Positions 29,601 to 42,000 of a DNA stretch of 64,000 bases are shown here, piece after piece (the first letter of the stretch is position 1; each line of letters begins with the position of its first letter). The translations under genes and the position numbers were made by a program. Under the pieces are notes generated by a model. The model was given only the letters and a program-made list of their open reading frames with translations, was not told the origin of the DNA and did not search any database. The stretch spans positions 392,150,001-392,214,000 of the forward strand of contig OZ024741.1 in NCBI GenBank assembly GCA_964016885.1, read 5' to 3'. The DNA comes from Eledone cirrhosa (lineage: Eukaryota).

Positions 29601-32600
29601 TGGGGGGTAATATGATAGAAAGGATGATAGCAGAAGGTTGTACTTAACACTGAATAGTGTGTTGAAGGTGATGGTGGGGGGTAACATGATAGAAAGGATG
29701 ATAGTAGAAGGTGTACTTAACACTGAATAGTGTGTTGAAGGTGATGGTGGGGGGTAACATGATAGAAAGGATGATAGTAGAAGGTGTACTTAACACTGAA
29801 TAGTGTGTTGAAGGTGATGGTGGGGGGTAACATGATCAAAGGATGATAGCAGAAGGTTGTACTTAACACTGAATAGTGTGTTGAAGGTGATGGTGGGAGG
29901 TAACATGATAGAAAGGATGATAGCAGAAGGTTGTACTTAACACTGAATAGTGTGTTGAAGGTGATGGTGGGAGGTAACATGATAGAAAGGATGATAGCAG
30001 AAGGTTGTACTTAACACTGAATAGTGTGTTGAAGGTGATGGTGGGAGGTAACATGATAGAAAGAATGATAGCAGAAGGTTGTACTTAACACTGAATAGTG
30101 TGTTGAAGGTGATGGTGGGGGTAACATGATCAAAGGATGATAGCAGAAGGTTGTACTTAACACTGAATAGTGTGTTGAAGGTGATGGTGGGAGGTAACAT
30201 GATAGAAAGGATGATAGCAGAAGGTTGTACTTAACACTGAATAGTGTGTTGAAGGTGATGGTGGGGTGTAACATGATAGAAAGGATGATAGCAGAAGGTT
30301 GTACTTAACACTGGATAGTGTGTTGAAGGTGATGGTGGGAGGTAACATGATAGAAAGGATGATAGCAGAAGGTTGTACTTAACACTGAATAGTGTGTTGA
30401 AGGTGATGGTGGGGGGTAACATGATAGAAAGGATGATAGCAGAAGGTTGTACTTAACACTGAATAGTGTGTTGAAGGTGATGGTGGGGGGTAACATGATA
30501 GAAAGGATGATAGCAGAAGGTTGTACTTAACACTGAATAGTGTGTTGAAGGTGATGGTGGGGGGTAACATGATAGAAAGGATGATAGCAGAAGGTTGTAC
30601 TTAACACTGAATAGTGTGTTGAAGGTGATGGTGGGAGGTAACATGATAGAAAGGATGATAGCAGAAGGTTGTACTTAACACTGAATAGTGTGTTGAAGCT
30701 GATGGTGGGGGGTAACATGATAGAAAGGATGATAGCAGAAGGTTGTACTTAACACTGAATAGTGTGTTGAATGTGATGGTGGGGTGTAACATGATAGAAA
30801 GGATGATAGCAGAAGGTTGTACTTAACACTGGATAGTGTGTTGAAGGTGATAGTGGGGGGTAACATGATAGAAAGGATGATAGCAGAAGGTTGTACTTAA
30901 CACTGAATAGTGTGTTGAAGGTGATGGTGGGAGGTAACATGATAGAAAGGATGATAGCAGAAGGTTGTACTTAACACTGAATAGTGTGTTGAAGGTGATG
31001 GTGGGGGGTAATATGATAGAAAGGATGATAGCAGAAGGTTGTACTTAACACTGAATAGTGTGTTGAAGGTGATGGTGGGGGGTAACATGATAGAAAGGAT
31101 GATAGTAGAAGGTGTACTTAACACTGAATAGTGTGTTGAAGGTGATGGTGGGGGGTAACATGATAGAAAGGATGATAGTAGAAGGTGTACTTAACACTGA
31201 ATAGTGTGTTGAAGGTGATGGTGGGGGGTAACATGATCAAAGGATGATAGCAGAAGGTTGTACTTAACACTGAATAGTGTGTTGAAGGTGATGGTGGGGG
31301 GTAACATGATAGAAAGGATGATAGCAGAAGGTTGTACTTAACACTGAATAGTGTGTTGAAGGTGATGGTGGGGGGTAACATGATAGAAAGGATGATAGCA
31401 GAAGGTTGTACTTAACACTGAATAGTGTGTTGAAGGTGATGGTGGGAGGTAACATGATAGAAAGGATGATAGCAGAAGGTTGTACTTAACACTGAATAGT
31501 GTGTTGAAGGTGATAGTGGGAGGTAACATGATAGAAAGGATGATAGCAGAAGGTTGTACTTAACACTGAATAGTGTGTTGAAGGTGATGGTGGGAGGTAA
31601 CATGATAGAAAGGATGATAGCAGAAGGTTGTACTTAACACTGAATAGTGTGTTGAAGGTGATGGTGGGGGGTAATATGATAGAAAGGATGATAGCAGAAG
31701 GTTGTACTTAACACTGAATAGTGTGTTGAAGGTGATGGTGGGGGGTAACATGATAGAAAGGATGATAGTAGAAGGTGTACTTAACACTGAATAGTGTGTT
31801 GAAGGTGATGGTGGGGGGTAACATGATAGAAAGGATGATAGTAGAAGGTGTACTTAACACTGAATAGTGTGTTGAAGGTGATGGTGGGGGGTAACATGAT
31901 CAAAGGATGATAGCAGAAGGTTGTACTTAACACTGAATAGTGTGTTGAAGGTGATGGTGGGAGGTAACATGATAGAAAGGATGATAGCAGAAGGTTGTAC
32001 TTAACACTGAATAGTGTGTTGAAGGTGATGGTGGGGGGTAACATGATAGAAAGGATGATAGCAGAAGGTTGTACTTAACACTGAATAGTGTGTTGAAGGT
32101 GATGGTGGGGGGTAACATGATAGAAAGGATGATAGCAGAAGGTTGTACTTAACACTGAATAGTGTGTTGAAGGTGATGGTGGGAGGTAACATGATAGAAA
32201 GGATGATAGCAGAAGGTTGTACTTAACACTGAATAGTGTGTTGAAGGTGATGGTGGGAGGTAACATGACAGAAAGGATGATAGCAGAAGGTTGTACTTAA
32301 CACTGAATAGTGTGTTGAAGGTGATGGTGGGGGGTAACATGATAGAAAGGATGATAGCAGAAGGTTGTACTTAACACTGAATAGTGTGTTGAAGGTGATG
32401 GTGGGGGGTAACATGATAGAAAGGATGATAGCAGAAGGTTGTACTTAACACTGAATAGTGTGTTGAAGGTGAGGGTGGGAGGTAACATGATAGAAAGGAT
32501 GATAGCAGAAGGTTGTACTTAACACTGAATAGTGTGTTGAAGGTGATGGTGGGAGGTAACATGATAGAAAGGATGATAGCAGAAGGTTGTACTTAACACT

Positions 32601-33030
32601 GAATAGTGTGTTGAAGGTGATGGTGGGAGGTAACATGATAGAAAGGATGATAGCAGAAGGTTGTACTTAACACTGAATAGTGTGTTGAAGGTGATGGTGG
32701 GGGGTAATATGATAGAAAGGATGATAGCAGAAGGTTGTACTTAACACTGAATAGTGTGTTGAAGGTGATGGTGGGGGGTAACATGATAGAAAGGATGATA
32801 GTAGAAGGTGTACTTAACACTGAATAGTGTGTTGAAGGTGATGGTGGGGGGTAACATGATAGAAAGGATGATAGTAGAAGGTGTACTTAACACTGAATAG
32901 TGTGTTGAAGGTGATGGTGGGGGGTAACATGATCAAAGGATGATAGCAGAAGGTTGTACTTAACACTGAATAGTGTGTTGAAGGTGATGGTGGGAGGTAA
33001 CATGATAGAAAGGATGATAGCAGAAGGTTG
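26690..33030. repeat. ~3097-bp (42-monomer) tandem duplication containing 663-bp (9-mer) and 1033-bp (14-mer) sub-repeats
   Basis: GAATGTG is at 27672/30769, TAATATG at 27912, 28575, 29608 versus 31009, 31672, 32705, and GTGAGGG at ~29372/~32469 (plus ~33502 at +1033). ORF-track offsets are 3097. Confidence 0.92.
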
Positions 33031-36000
33031 TACTTAACACTGAATAGTGTGTTGAAGGTGATGGTGGGGGGTAACATGATAGAAAGGATGATAGCAGAAG
33101 GTTGTACTTAACACTGAATAGTGTGTTGAAGGTGATGGTGGGGGGTAACATGATAGAAAGGATGATAGCAGAAGGTTGTACTTAACACTGAATAGTGTGT
33201 TGAAGGTGATGGTGGGAGGTAACATGATAGAAAGGATGATAGCAGAAGGTTGTACTTAACACTGAATAGTGTGTTGAAGGTGATGGTGGGAGGTAACATG
33301 ACAGAAAGGATGATAGCAGAAGGTTGTACTTAACACTGAATAGTGTGTTGAAGGTGATGGTGGGGGGTAACATGATAGAAAGGATGATAGCAGAAGGTTG
33401 TACTTAACACTGAATAGTGTGTTGAAGGTGATGGTGGGGGGTAACATGATAGAAAGGATGATAGCAGAAGGTTGTACTTAACACTGAATAGTGTGTTGAA
33501 GGTGAGGGTGGGAGGTAACATGATAGAAAGGATGATAGCAGAAGGTTGTACTTAACACTGAATAGTGTGTTGAAGGTGATGGTGGGAGGTAACATGATAG
33601 AAAGGATGATAGCAGAAGGTTGTACTTAACACTGAATAGTGTGTTGAAGGGAATGGTGGGAGGTAACATGATAGAAAGGATGATAGCAGAAGGTTGTACT
33701 TAACACTGAATAGTGTGTTGAAGGTGATGGTGGGGGGTAACATGACAGAAAGGATGATAGCAGAAGGTTGTACTTAACACTGAATAGTGTGTTGAAGGTG
33801 ATGGTGGGGGGTAACATGATAGAAAGGATGATAGCAGAAGGTTGTACTTAACACTGAATAGTGTGTTGAAGGTGATGGTGGGAGGTAACATGATAGAAAG
33901 GATGATAGCAGAAGGTTGTACTTAACACTGAATAGTGTGTTGAAGGTGATGGTGGGAGGTAACATGATAGAAAGGATGATAGCAGAAGGTTGTACTTAAC
34001 ACTGAATAGTGTGTTGAAGGTGATGGTGGGAGGTAACATGACAGAAAGGATGATAGCAGAAGGTTGTACTTAACACTGAATAGTGTGTTGAAGGTGATTG
34101 TGGGAGGTAACATGATAGAAAGGATGATAGCAGAAGGTTGTACTTAACACTGAATAGTGTGTTGAAGGTGATGGTGGGAGGTAACATGATAGAAAGGATG
34201 ATAGCAGAAGGTGTACTTAACACTGAATAGTGTGTTGAAGGTGATAGTGGGAGGTAACATGATAGAAAGGATGATAGCAGAAGGTTGTACTTAACACTGA
34301 ATAGTGTGTTGAAGGTGATGGTGGGAGGTAACATGACAGAAAGGATGATAGCAGAAGGTTGTACTTAACACTGAATAGTGTGTTGAAGGTGATGGTGGGA
34401 GGTAACATGATAGAAAGGATGATAGCAGAAGGTTGTACTTAACACTGAATAGTGTGTTGAAGGTGATGGTGGGAGGTAACATGATAGAAAGGATGATAGC
34501 AGAAGGTTGTACTTAACACTGAATAGTGTGTTGAAGGTGATAGTGGGAGGTAACATGATAGAAAGGATGATAGCAGAAGGTTGTACTTAACACTGAATAG
34601 TGTGTTGAAGGTGATGGTGGGAGGTAACATGACAGAAAGAATGATAGCAGAAGGTTGTACTTAACACTGAATAGTGTGTTGAAGGTGATGGTGGGAGGTA
34701 ACATGATAGAAAGGATGATAGCAGAAAGTTGTACTTAACACTGAATAGTGTGTTGAAGGTGATGGTGGGAGGTAACATGACAGAAAGGATGATAGCAGAA
34801 GGTTGTACTTAACACTGAATAGTGTGTTGAAGGTGATGGTGGGAGGTAACATGATAGAAAGGATGATAGCAGAAGGTTGTACTTAACACTGAATAGTGTG
34901 TTGAAGGTGATGGTGGGAGGTAACATGACAGAAAGGATGATAGCAGAAGGTTGTACTTAACACTGAATAGTGTGTTGAAGGTGATGGTGGGGGGTAACAT
35001 GATAGAAAGGATGATAGCAGAAGGTTGTACTTAACACTGAATAGTGTGTTGAAGGTGATGGTGGGAGGTAACATGATAGAAAGGATGATAGCAGAAGGTT
35101 GTACTTAACACTGAATAGTGTGTTGAAGGTGATGGTGGGGGGTAACATGATCAAAGGATGATAGCAGAAGGTTGTACTTAACACTGAATAGTGTGTTGAA
35201 GGTGATGGTGGGAGGTAACATGATAGAAAGGATGATAGCAGAAGGTTGTACTTAACACTGAATAGTGTGTTGAAGGTGATGGTGGGGGGTAACATGATCA
35301 AAGGATGATAGCAGAAGGTTGTACTTAACACTGAATAGTGTGTTGAAGGTGATGGTGGGAGGTAACATGATAGAAAGGATGATAGCAGAAGGTTGTACTT
35401 AACACTGAATAGTGTGTTGAAGGTGATGGTGGGAGGTAACATGATAGAAAGGATGATAGCAGAAGGTTGTACTTAACACTGAATAGTGTGTTGAAGGTGA
35501 TGGTGGGAGGTAACATGATAGAAAGGATGATAGCAGAAGGTTGTACTTAACACTGAATAGTGTGTTGAAGGTGATGGTGGGGGTAACATGATCAAAGGAT
35601 GATAGCAGAAGGTTGTACTTAACACTGAATAGTGTGTTGAAGGTGATGGTGGGAGGTAACATGATAGAAAGGATGATAGCAGAAGGTTGTACTTAACACT
35701 GAATAGTGTGTTGAAGGTGATGGTGGGGTGTAACATGATAGAAAGGATGATAGCAGAAGGTTGTACTTAACACTGGATAGTGTGTTGAAAGTGATGGTGG
35801 GAGGTAACATGATAGAAAGGATGATAGCAGAAGGTTGTACTTAACACTGAATAGTGTGTTGAAGGTGATGGTGGGGGGTAACATGATAGAAAGGATGATA
35901 GCAGAAGGTTGTACTTAACACTGAATAGTGTGTTGAAGGTGATGGTTAGGGGGTAACATGATAGAAAGGATGATAGCAGAAGGTGTACTTAACACTGATA

Positions 36001-39000
36001 GTGTGTGAAGGTGATGGTGGGGGTAACATGATAGAAAGGATGATAGCAGAAGGTTGTACTTAACACTGAATAGTGTGTTGAAGGTGATGGTAGGGGGTAA
36101 CATGATAGAAAGGATGATAGCAGAAGGTGTACTTAACACTGAATAGTGTGTTGAAGGTGATGGTGGGGGGTAACATGATAGAAAGGATGATAGCAGAAGG
36201 TTGTACTTAACACTGAATAGTGTGTTGAAGGTGATGGTGGGGGGGGGGGTAACATGATAGAAAGGATGATAGCAGAAGGTTGTACTTAACACTGAATAGT
36301 GTGTTGAAGGTGATAGTGGGGGTAACATGATAGAAAGGATGATAGCAGAAGGTTGTACTTAACACTGAATAGTGTGTTGAAGGTGATGGTGGGGGGTAAC
36401 ATGATAGAAAGGATGATAGCAGAAGGTTGTACTTAACACTGAATAGTGTGTTGAAGGTGATAGTGGGAGGTAACATGATAGAAAGGATGATAGCAGAAGG
36501 TTGTACTTAACACTGAATAGTGTGTTGAAGGTGATGGTGGGGGGTAACATGATAGAAAGGATGATAGCAGAAGGTTGTACTTAACACTGAATAGTGTGTT
36601 GAAGGTGATGGTGGGGGGTAACATGATAGAAAGGATGATAGCAGAAGGTTGTACTTAACACTGAATAGTGTGTTGAAGGTGATGGTGGGAGGTAACATGA
36701 TAGAAAGGATGATAGCAGAAGGTTGTACTTAACACTGAATAGTGTGTTGAAGGTGATGGTGGGGGGTAACATGATAGAAAGGATGATAGCAGAAGGTTGT
36801 ACTTAACACTGAATAGTGTGTTGAAGGTGATAGTGGGAGGTAACATGATAGAAAGGATGATAGCAGAAGGTTGTACTTAACACTGAATAGTGTGTTGAAG
36901 GTGATGGTGGGGGGTAACATGATAGAAAGGATGATAGCAGAAGGTTGTACTTAACACTGAATAGTGTGTTGAAGGTGATAGTGGGAGGTAACATGATAGA
37001 AAGGATGATAGCAGAAGGTTGTACTTAACACTGAATAGTGTGTTGAAGGTGATGGTGGGAGGTAACATGATAGAAAGGATGATAGCAGAAGGTTGTACTT
37101 AACACTGAATAGTGTGTTGAAGGTGATGGTGGGGAGGTAACATGATAGAAAGGATGATAGCAGAAGGTTGTACTTAACACTGAATAGTGTGTTGAAGGTG
37201 ATAGTGGGAGGTAACATGATAGAAAGGATGATAGCAGAAGGTTGTACTTAACACTGAATAGTGTGTTGAAGGTGATGGTGGGGGGTAACATGATAGAAAG
37301 GATGATAGCAGAAGGTTGTACTTAACACTGAATAGTGTGTTGAAGGTGATAGTGGGAGGTAACATGATAGAAAGGATGATAGCAGAAGGTGTACTTAACA
37401 CTGAATAGTGTGTTGAAGGTGATGGTGGGGGTAACATGATAGAAAGGATGATAGCAGAAGATTGTACTTAACACTGAATAGTGTGGTGATGGTGGGAGGT
37501 AACATGATAGAAAGGATGATAGCAGAAGGTTGTACTTAACACTGAATAGTGTGTTGAAGGTGATGGTGGGGGGTAACATGATAGAAAGGATGATAGCAGA
37601 AGGTTGTACTTACACTGAATAGTGTGTTGAAGGTGATGGTGGGGGGTAACATGATAGAAAGGATGATAGCAGAAGGTGTACTTAACACTGAATAGTGTGT
37701 TGAAGGTGATGGTGGGGGGTAACATGATAGAAAGGATGATAGCAGAAGGTGTACTTAACACTGAATAGCGTGTTGAAGGTGATGGTGGGGGGTAACATGA
37801 TAGAAAGGATGATAGCAGAAGGTTCTACTTAACACTGAATAGTGTGTTGCAGGTGATGGTAGGGGGTAACATGATAGAAAGGATGATAGCAGAAGGTGTA
37901 CTTAACACTGAATAGTGTGTTGAAGGTGATGGTGGGGGGTAACATGATAGAAAGGATGATAGCAGAAGGTTGTACTTAACACTGAATAGTGTGTTGAAGG
38001 TGATGGTGGGGGGTAACATGATAGAAAGGATGATAGCAGAAGGTTGTACTTAACACTGAATAGTGTGTTGAAGGTGATAGTGGGAGGTAACATGATAGAA
38101 AGGATGATAGCAGAAGGTTGTACTTAACACTGAATAGTGTGTTGAAGGTGATGGTGGGGGGTAACATGATAGAAAGGATGATAGCAGAAGGTTGTACTTA
38201 ACACTGAATAGTGTGTTGAAGGTGATGGTGGGGGGTAACATGATAGAAAGGATGATAGCAGAAGGTTGTACTTAACACTGAATAGTGTGTTGAAGGTGAT
38301 GGTGGGAGGTAACATGATAGAAAGGATGATAGCAGAAGGTTGTACTTAACACTGAATAGTGTGTTGAAGGTGATGGTGGGGGCTAACATGATAGAAAGGA
38401 TGATAGCAGAAGGTTGTACTTAACACCGAATAGTGTGTTGAAGGTGATAGTGGGAGGTAACATGATAGAAAGGATGATAGCAGAAGGTTGTACTTAACAC
38501 TGAATAGTGTGTTGAAGGTGATGGTGGGGGGTAACATGATAGAAAGGATGATAGCAGAAGGTTGTACTTAACACTGAATAGTGTGTTGAAGGTGATGGTG
38601 GGGGGTAACATGATAGAAAGGATGATAGCAGAAGGTTGTACTTAACACTGAATAGTGTGTTGAAGGTGATGGTGGGGGGTAACATGATAGAAAGGATGAT
38701 AGCAGAAGGTTGTACTTAACACTGAATAGTGTGTTGAAGGTGATGGTGGGAGGTAACATGATAGAAAGGATGATAGCAGAAGGTTGTACTTAACACTGAA
38801 TAGTGTGTTGAAGGTGATGGTGGGAGGTAACATGATAGAAAGGATGATAGCAGAAGGTTGTACTTAACACTGAATAGTGTGTTGAAGGTGATGGTGGGAG
38901 GTAACATGATAGAAAGGATGATAGCAGAAGGTTGTACTTAACACTGAATAGTGTGTTGAAGGTGATGGTGGGGGGTAACATGATAGAAAGGATGATAGCA

Positions 39001-42000
39001 GAAGGTTGTACTTAACACTGAATAGTGTGTTGAAGGTGATAGTGGGAGGTAACATGATAGAAAGGATGATAGCAGAAGGTTGTACTTAACACTGAATAGT
39101 GTGTTGAAGGTGATGGTGGGGGGTAACATGATAGAAAGGATGATAGCAGAAGGTTGTACTTAACACTGAATAGTGTGTTGAAGGTGATGGTGGGAGGTAA
39201 CATGATAGAAAGGATGATAGCAGAAGATTGTACTTAACACTGAATAGTGTGGTGATGGTGGGAGGTAACATGATAGAAAGGATGATAGCAGAAGGTTGTA
39301 CTTAACACTGAATAGTGTGTTGAAGGTGATGGTGGGAGGTAACATGATAGAAAGGTTGATAGCAGAAGGTTGTACTTAACACTGAATAGTGTGTTGAAGG
39401 TGATGGTGGGGGGTAACATGATAGAAAGGATGATAGCAGAAGGTTGTACTTAACACTGAATAGTGTGTTGAAGGTGATGGTGGGAGGTAACATGATAGAA
39501 AGGTTGATAGCAGAAGGTTGTACTTAACACTGAATAGTGTGTTGAAGGTGATGGTGGGGGGTAACCTGATAGAAAGGATGATAGCAGAAGGTTGTACTTA
39601 ACACTGAATAGTGTGTTGAAGGTGATGGTGGGGGGTAACATGATAGAAAGGATGATAGCAGAAGGTTGTACTTAACACTGAATAGTGTGTTGAAGGTGAT
39701 GGTGGGGGGTAACATGATAGAAAGGATGATAGCAGAAGGTTGTACTTAACACTGAATAGTGTGTTGAAGGTGATGGTGGGAGGTAACATGATAGAAAGGA
39801 TGATAGCAGAAGGTTGTACTTAACACTGAATAGTGTGTTGAAGGTGATGGTGGGAGGTAACATGATAGAAAGGATGATAGCAGAAGGTTGTACTTAACAC
39901 TGAATAGTGTGTTGAAGGTGATGGTGGGGGGTAACATGATAGAAAGGATGATAGTAGGTGTACTTAACACTGAATAGTGTGTTGAAGGTGATGGTGGGGG
40001 GTAACATGATAGAAAGGATGATAGTAGAAGGTGTACTTAACACTGAATAGTGTGTTGAAGGTGATGGTGGGGGGTAACTTGATCAAAGGATGATAGCAGA
40101 AGGTTGTACTTAACACTGAATAGTGTGTTGAAGGTGATGGTGGGGGGTAACATGATAGAAAGGATGATAGCAGAAGGTGTACTTAACACTGAATAGAGTG
40201 TTGAAGGTGATGGTGGGGGGTAACATGATAGAAAGGATGATAGTAGAAGGTGTACTTAACACTGAATAGTGTGTTGAAGGTGATGGTGGGGGGTAACATG
40301 ATAGAAAGGGTGATAGCAGAAGGTTGTACTTAACACTGAATAGTGTGTTGAAGGTGATGGTGGGAGGTAACATGATAGAAAGGATGATAGCAGAAGGTTG
40401 TACTTAACACTGAATAGTGTGTTGAAGGTGATGGTGGGCGGTAACATGATAGAAAGGATGATAGCAGAAGGTTGTACTTAACACTGAATAGTGTGTTGAA
40501 GGTGATGGTGGGGGGTAACATGATAGAAAGGATGATAGCAGAAGGTTGTACTTAACACTGAATAGTGTGTTGAAGGTGATGGTGGGAGGTAACATGATAG
40601 AAAGGATGATAGCAGAAGGTTGTACTTAACACTGAATAGTGTGTTGAAGGTGATGGTGGGGGGTAACATGATAGAAAGGATGATAGCAGAAGGTTGTACT
40701 TAACACTGAATAGTGTGTTGAAGGTGATGGTGGGGGGTAACATGATAGAAAGGATGATAGTAGGTGTACTTAACACTGAATAGTGTGTTGAAGGTGATGG
40801 TGGGGGGTAACATGATAGAAAGGATGATAGTAGAAGGTGTACTTAACACTGAATAGTGTGTTGAAGGTGATGGTGGGGGGGTAACATGATAGAAAGGGTG
40901 ATAGCAGAAGGTTGTACTTAACACTGAATAGTGTGTTGAAGGTGATGGTGGGAGGTAACATGATAGAAAGGATGATAGCAGAAGGTTGTACTTAACACTG
41001 AATAGTGTGTTGAAGGTGATGGTGGGGGGTAACATGATAGAAAGGATGATAGCAGAAGGTTGTACTTAACACTGAATAGTGTGTTGAAGGTGATGGTGGG
41101 GGGTAACATGATAGAAAGGATGATAGCAGAAGGTTGTACTTAACACTGAATAGTGTGTTGAAGGTGATGGTGGGAGGTAACATGATAGAAAGGATGATAG
41201 CAGAAGGTTGTACTTAACACTGAATAGTGTGTTGAAGGTGATGGTGGGAGGTAACATGATAGAAAGGATGATAGCAGAAGGTTGTACTTAACACTGAATA
41301 TTGTGTTGAAGGTGATGGTGGGAGGTAACATGACAGAAAGGATGATAGCAGAAGGTTGTACTTAACACTGAATAGTGTGTTGAAGGTGATGGTGGGAGGT
41401 AACATGATAGAAAGGATGATAGCAGAAGGTTGTACTTAACACTGAATAGTGTGTTGAAGGTGATGGTGGGAGGTAACATGATAGAAAGGATGATAGCAGA
41501 AGGTTGTACTTAACACTGAATAGTGTGTTGAAGGTGATGGTGGGAGGTAACATGATAGAAAGGATGATAGCAGAAGGTTGTACTTAACACTGAATAGTGT
41601 GTTGAAGGTGATGGTGGGGGGTAACATGATAGAAAGGATGATAGCAGAAGGTTGTACTTAACACTGAATAGTGTGTTGAAGGTGATGGTGGGAGGTAACA
41701 TGACAGAAAGGATGATAGCAGAAGGTTGTACTTAACACTGAATAGTGTGTTGAAGGTGATAGTGGGAGGTAACATGATAGAAAGGATGATAGCAGAAGGT
41801 TGTACTTAACACTGAATAGTGTGTTGAAGGTGATGGTGGGAGGTAACATGATAGAAAGGATGATAGCAGAAGGTTGTACTTAACATTGAATAGTGTGTTG
41901 AAGGTGATGGTGGGGGGTAACATGATAGAAAGAATGATAGCAGAAGGTGTGCTTAACACTGAATAGTGTGTTGAAGGTGATGGTGGGAGGTAACATGATA

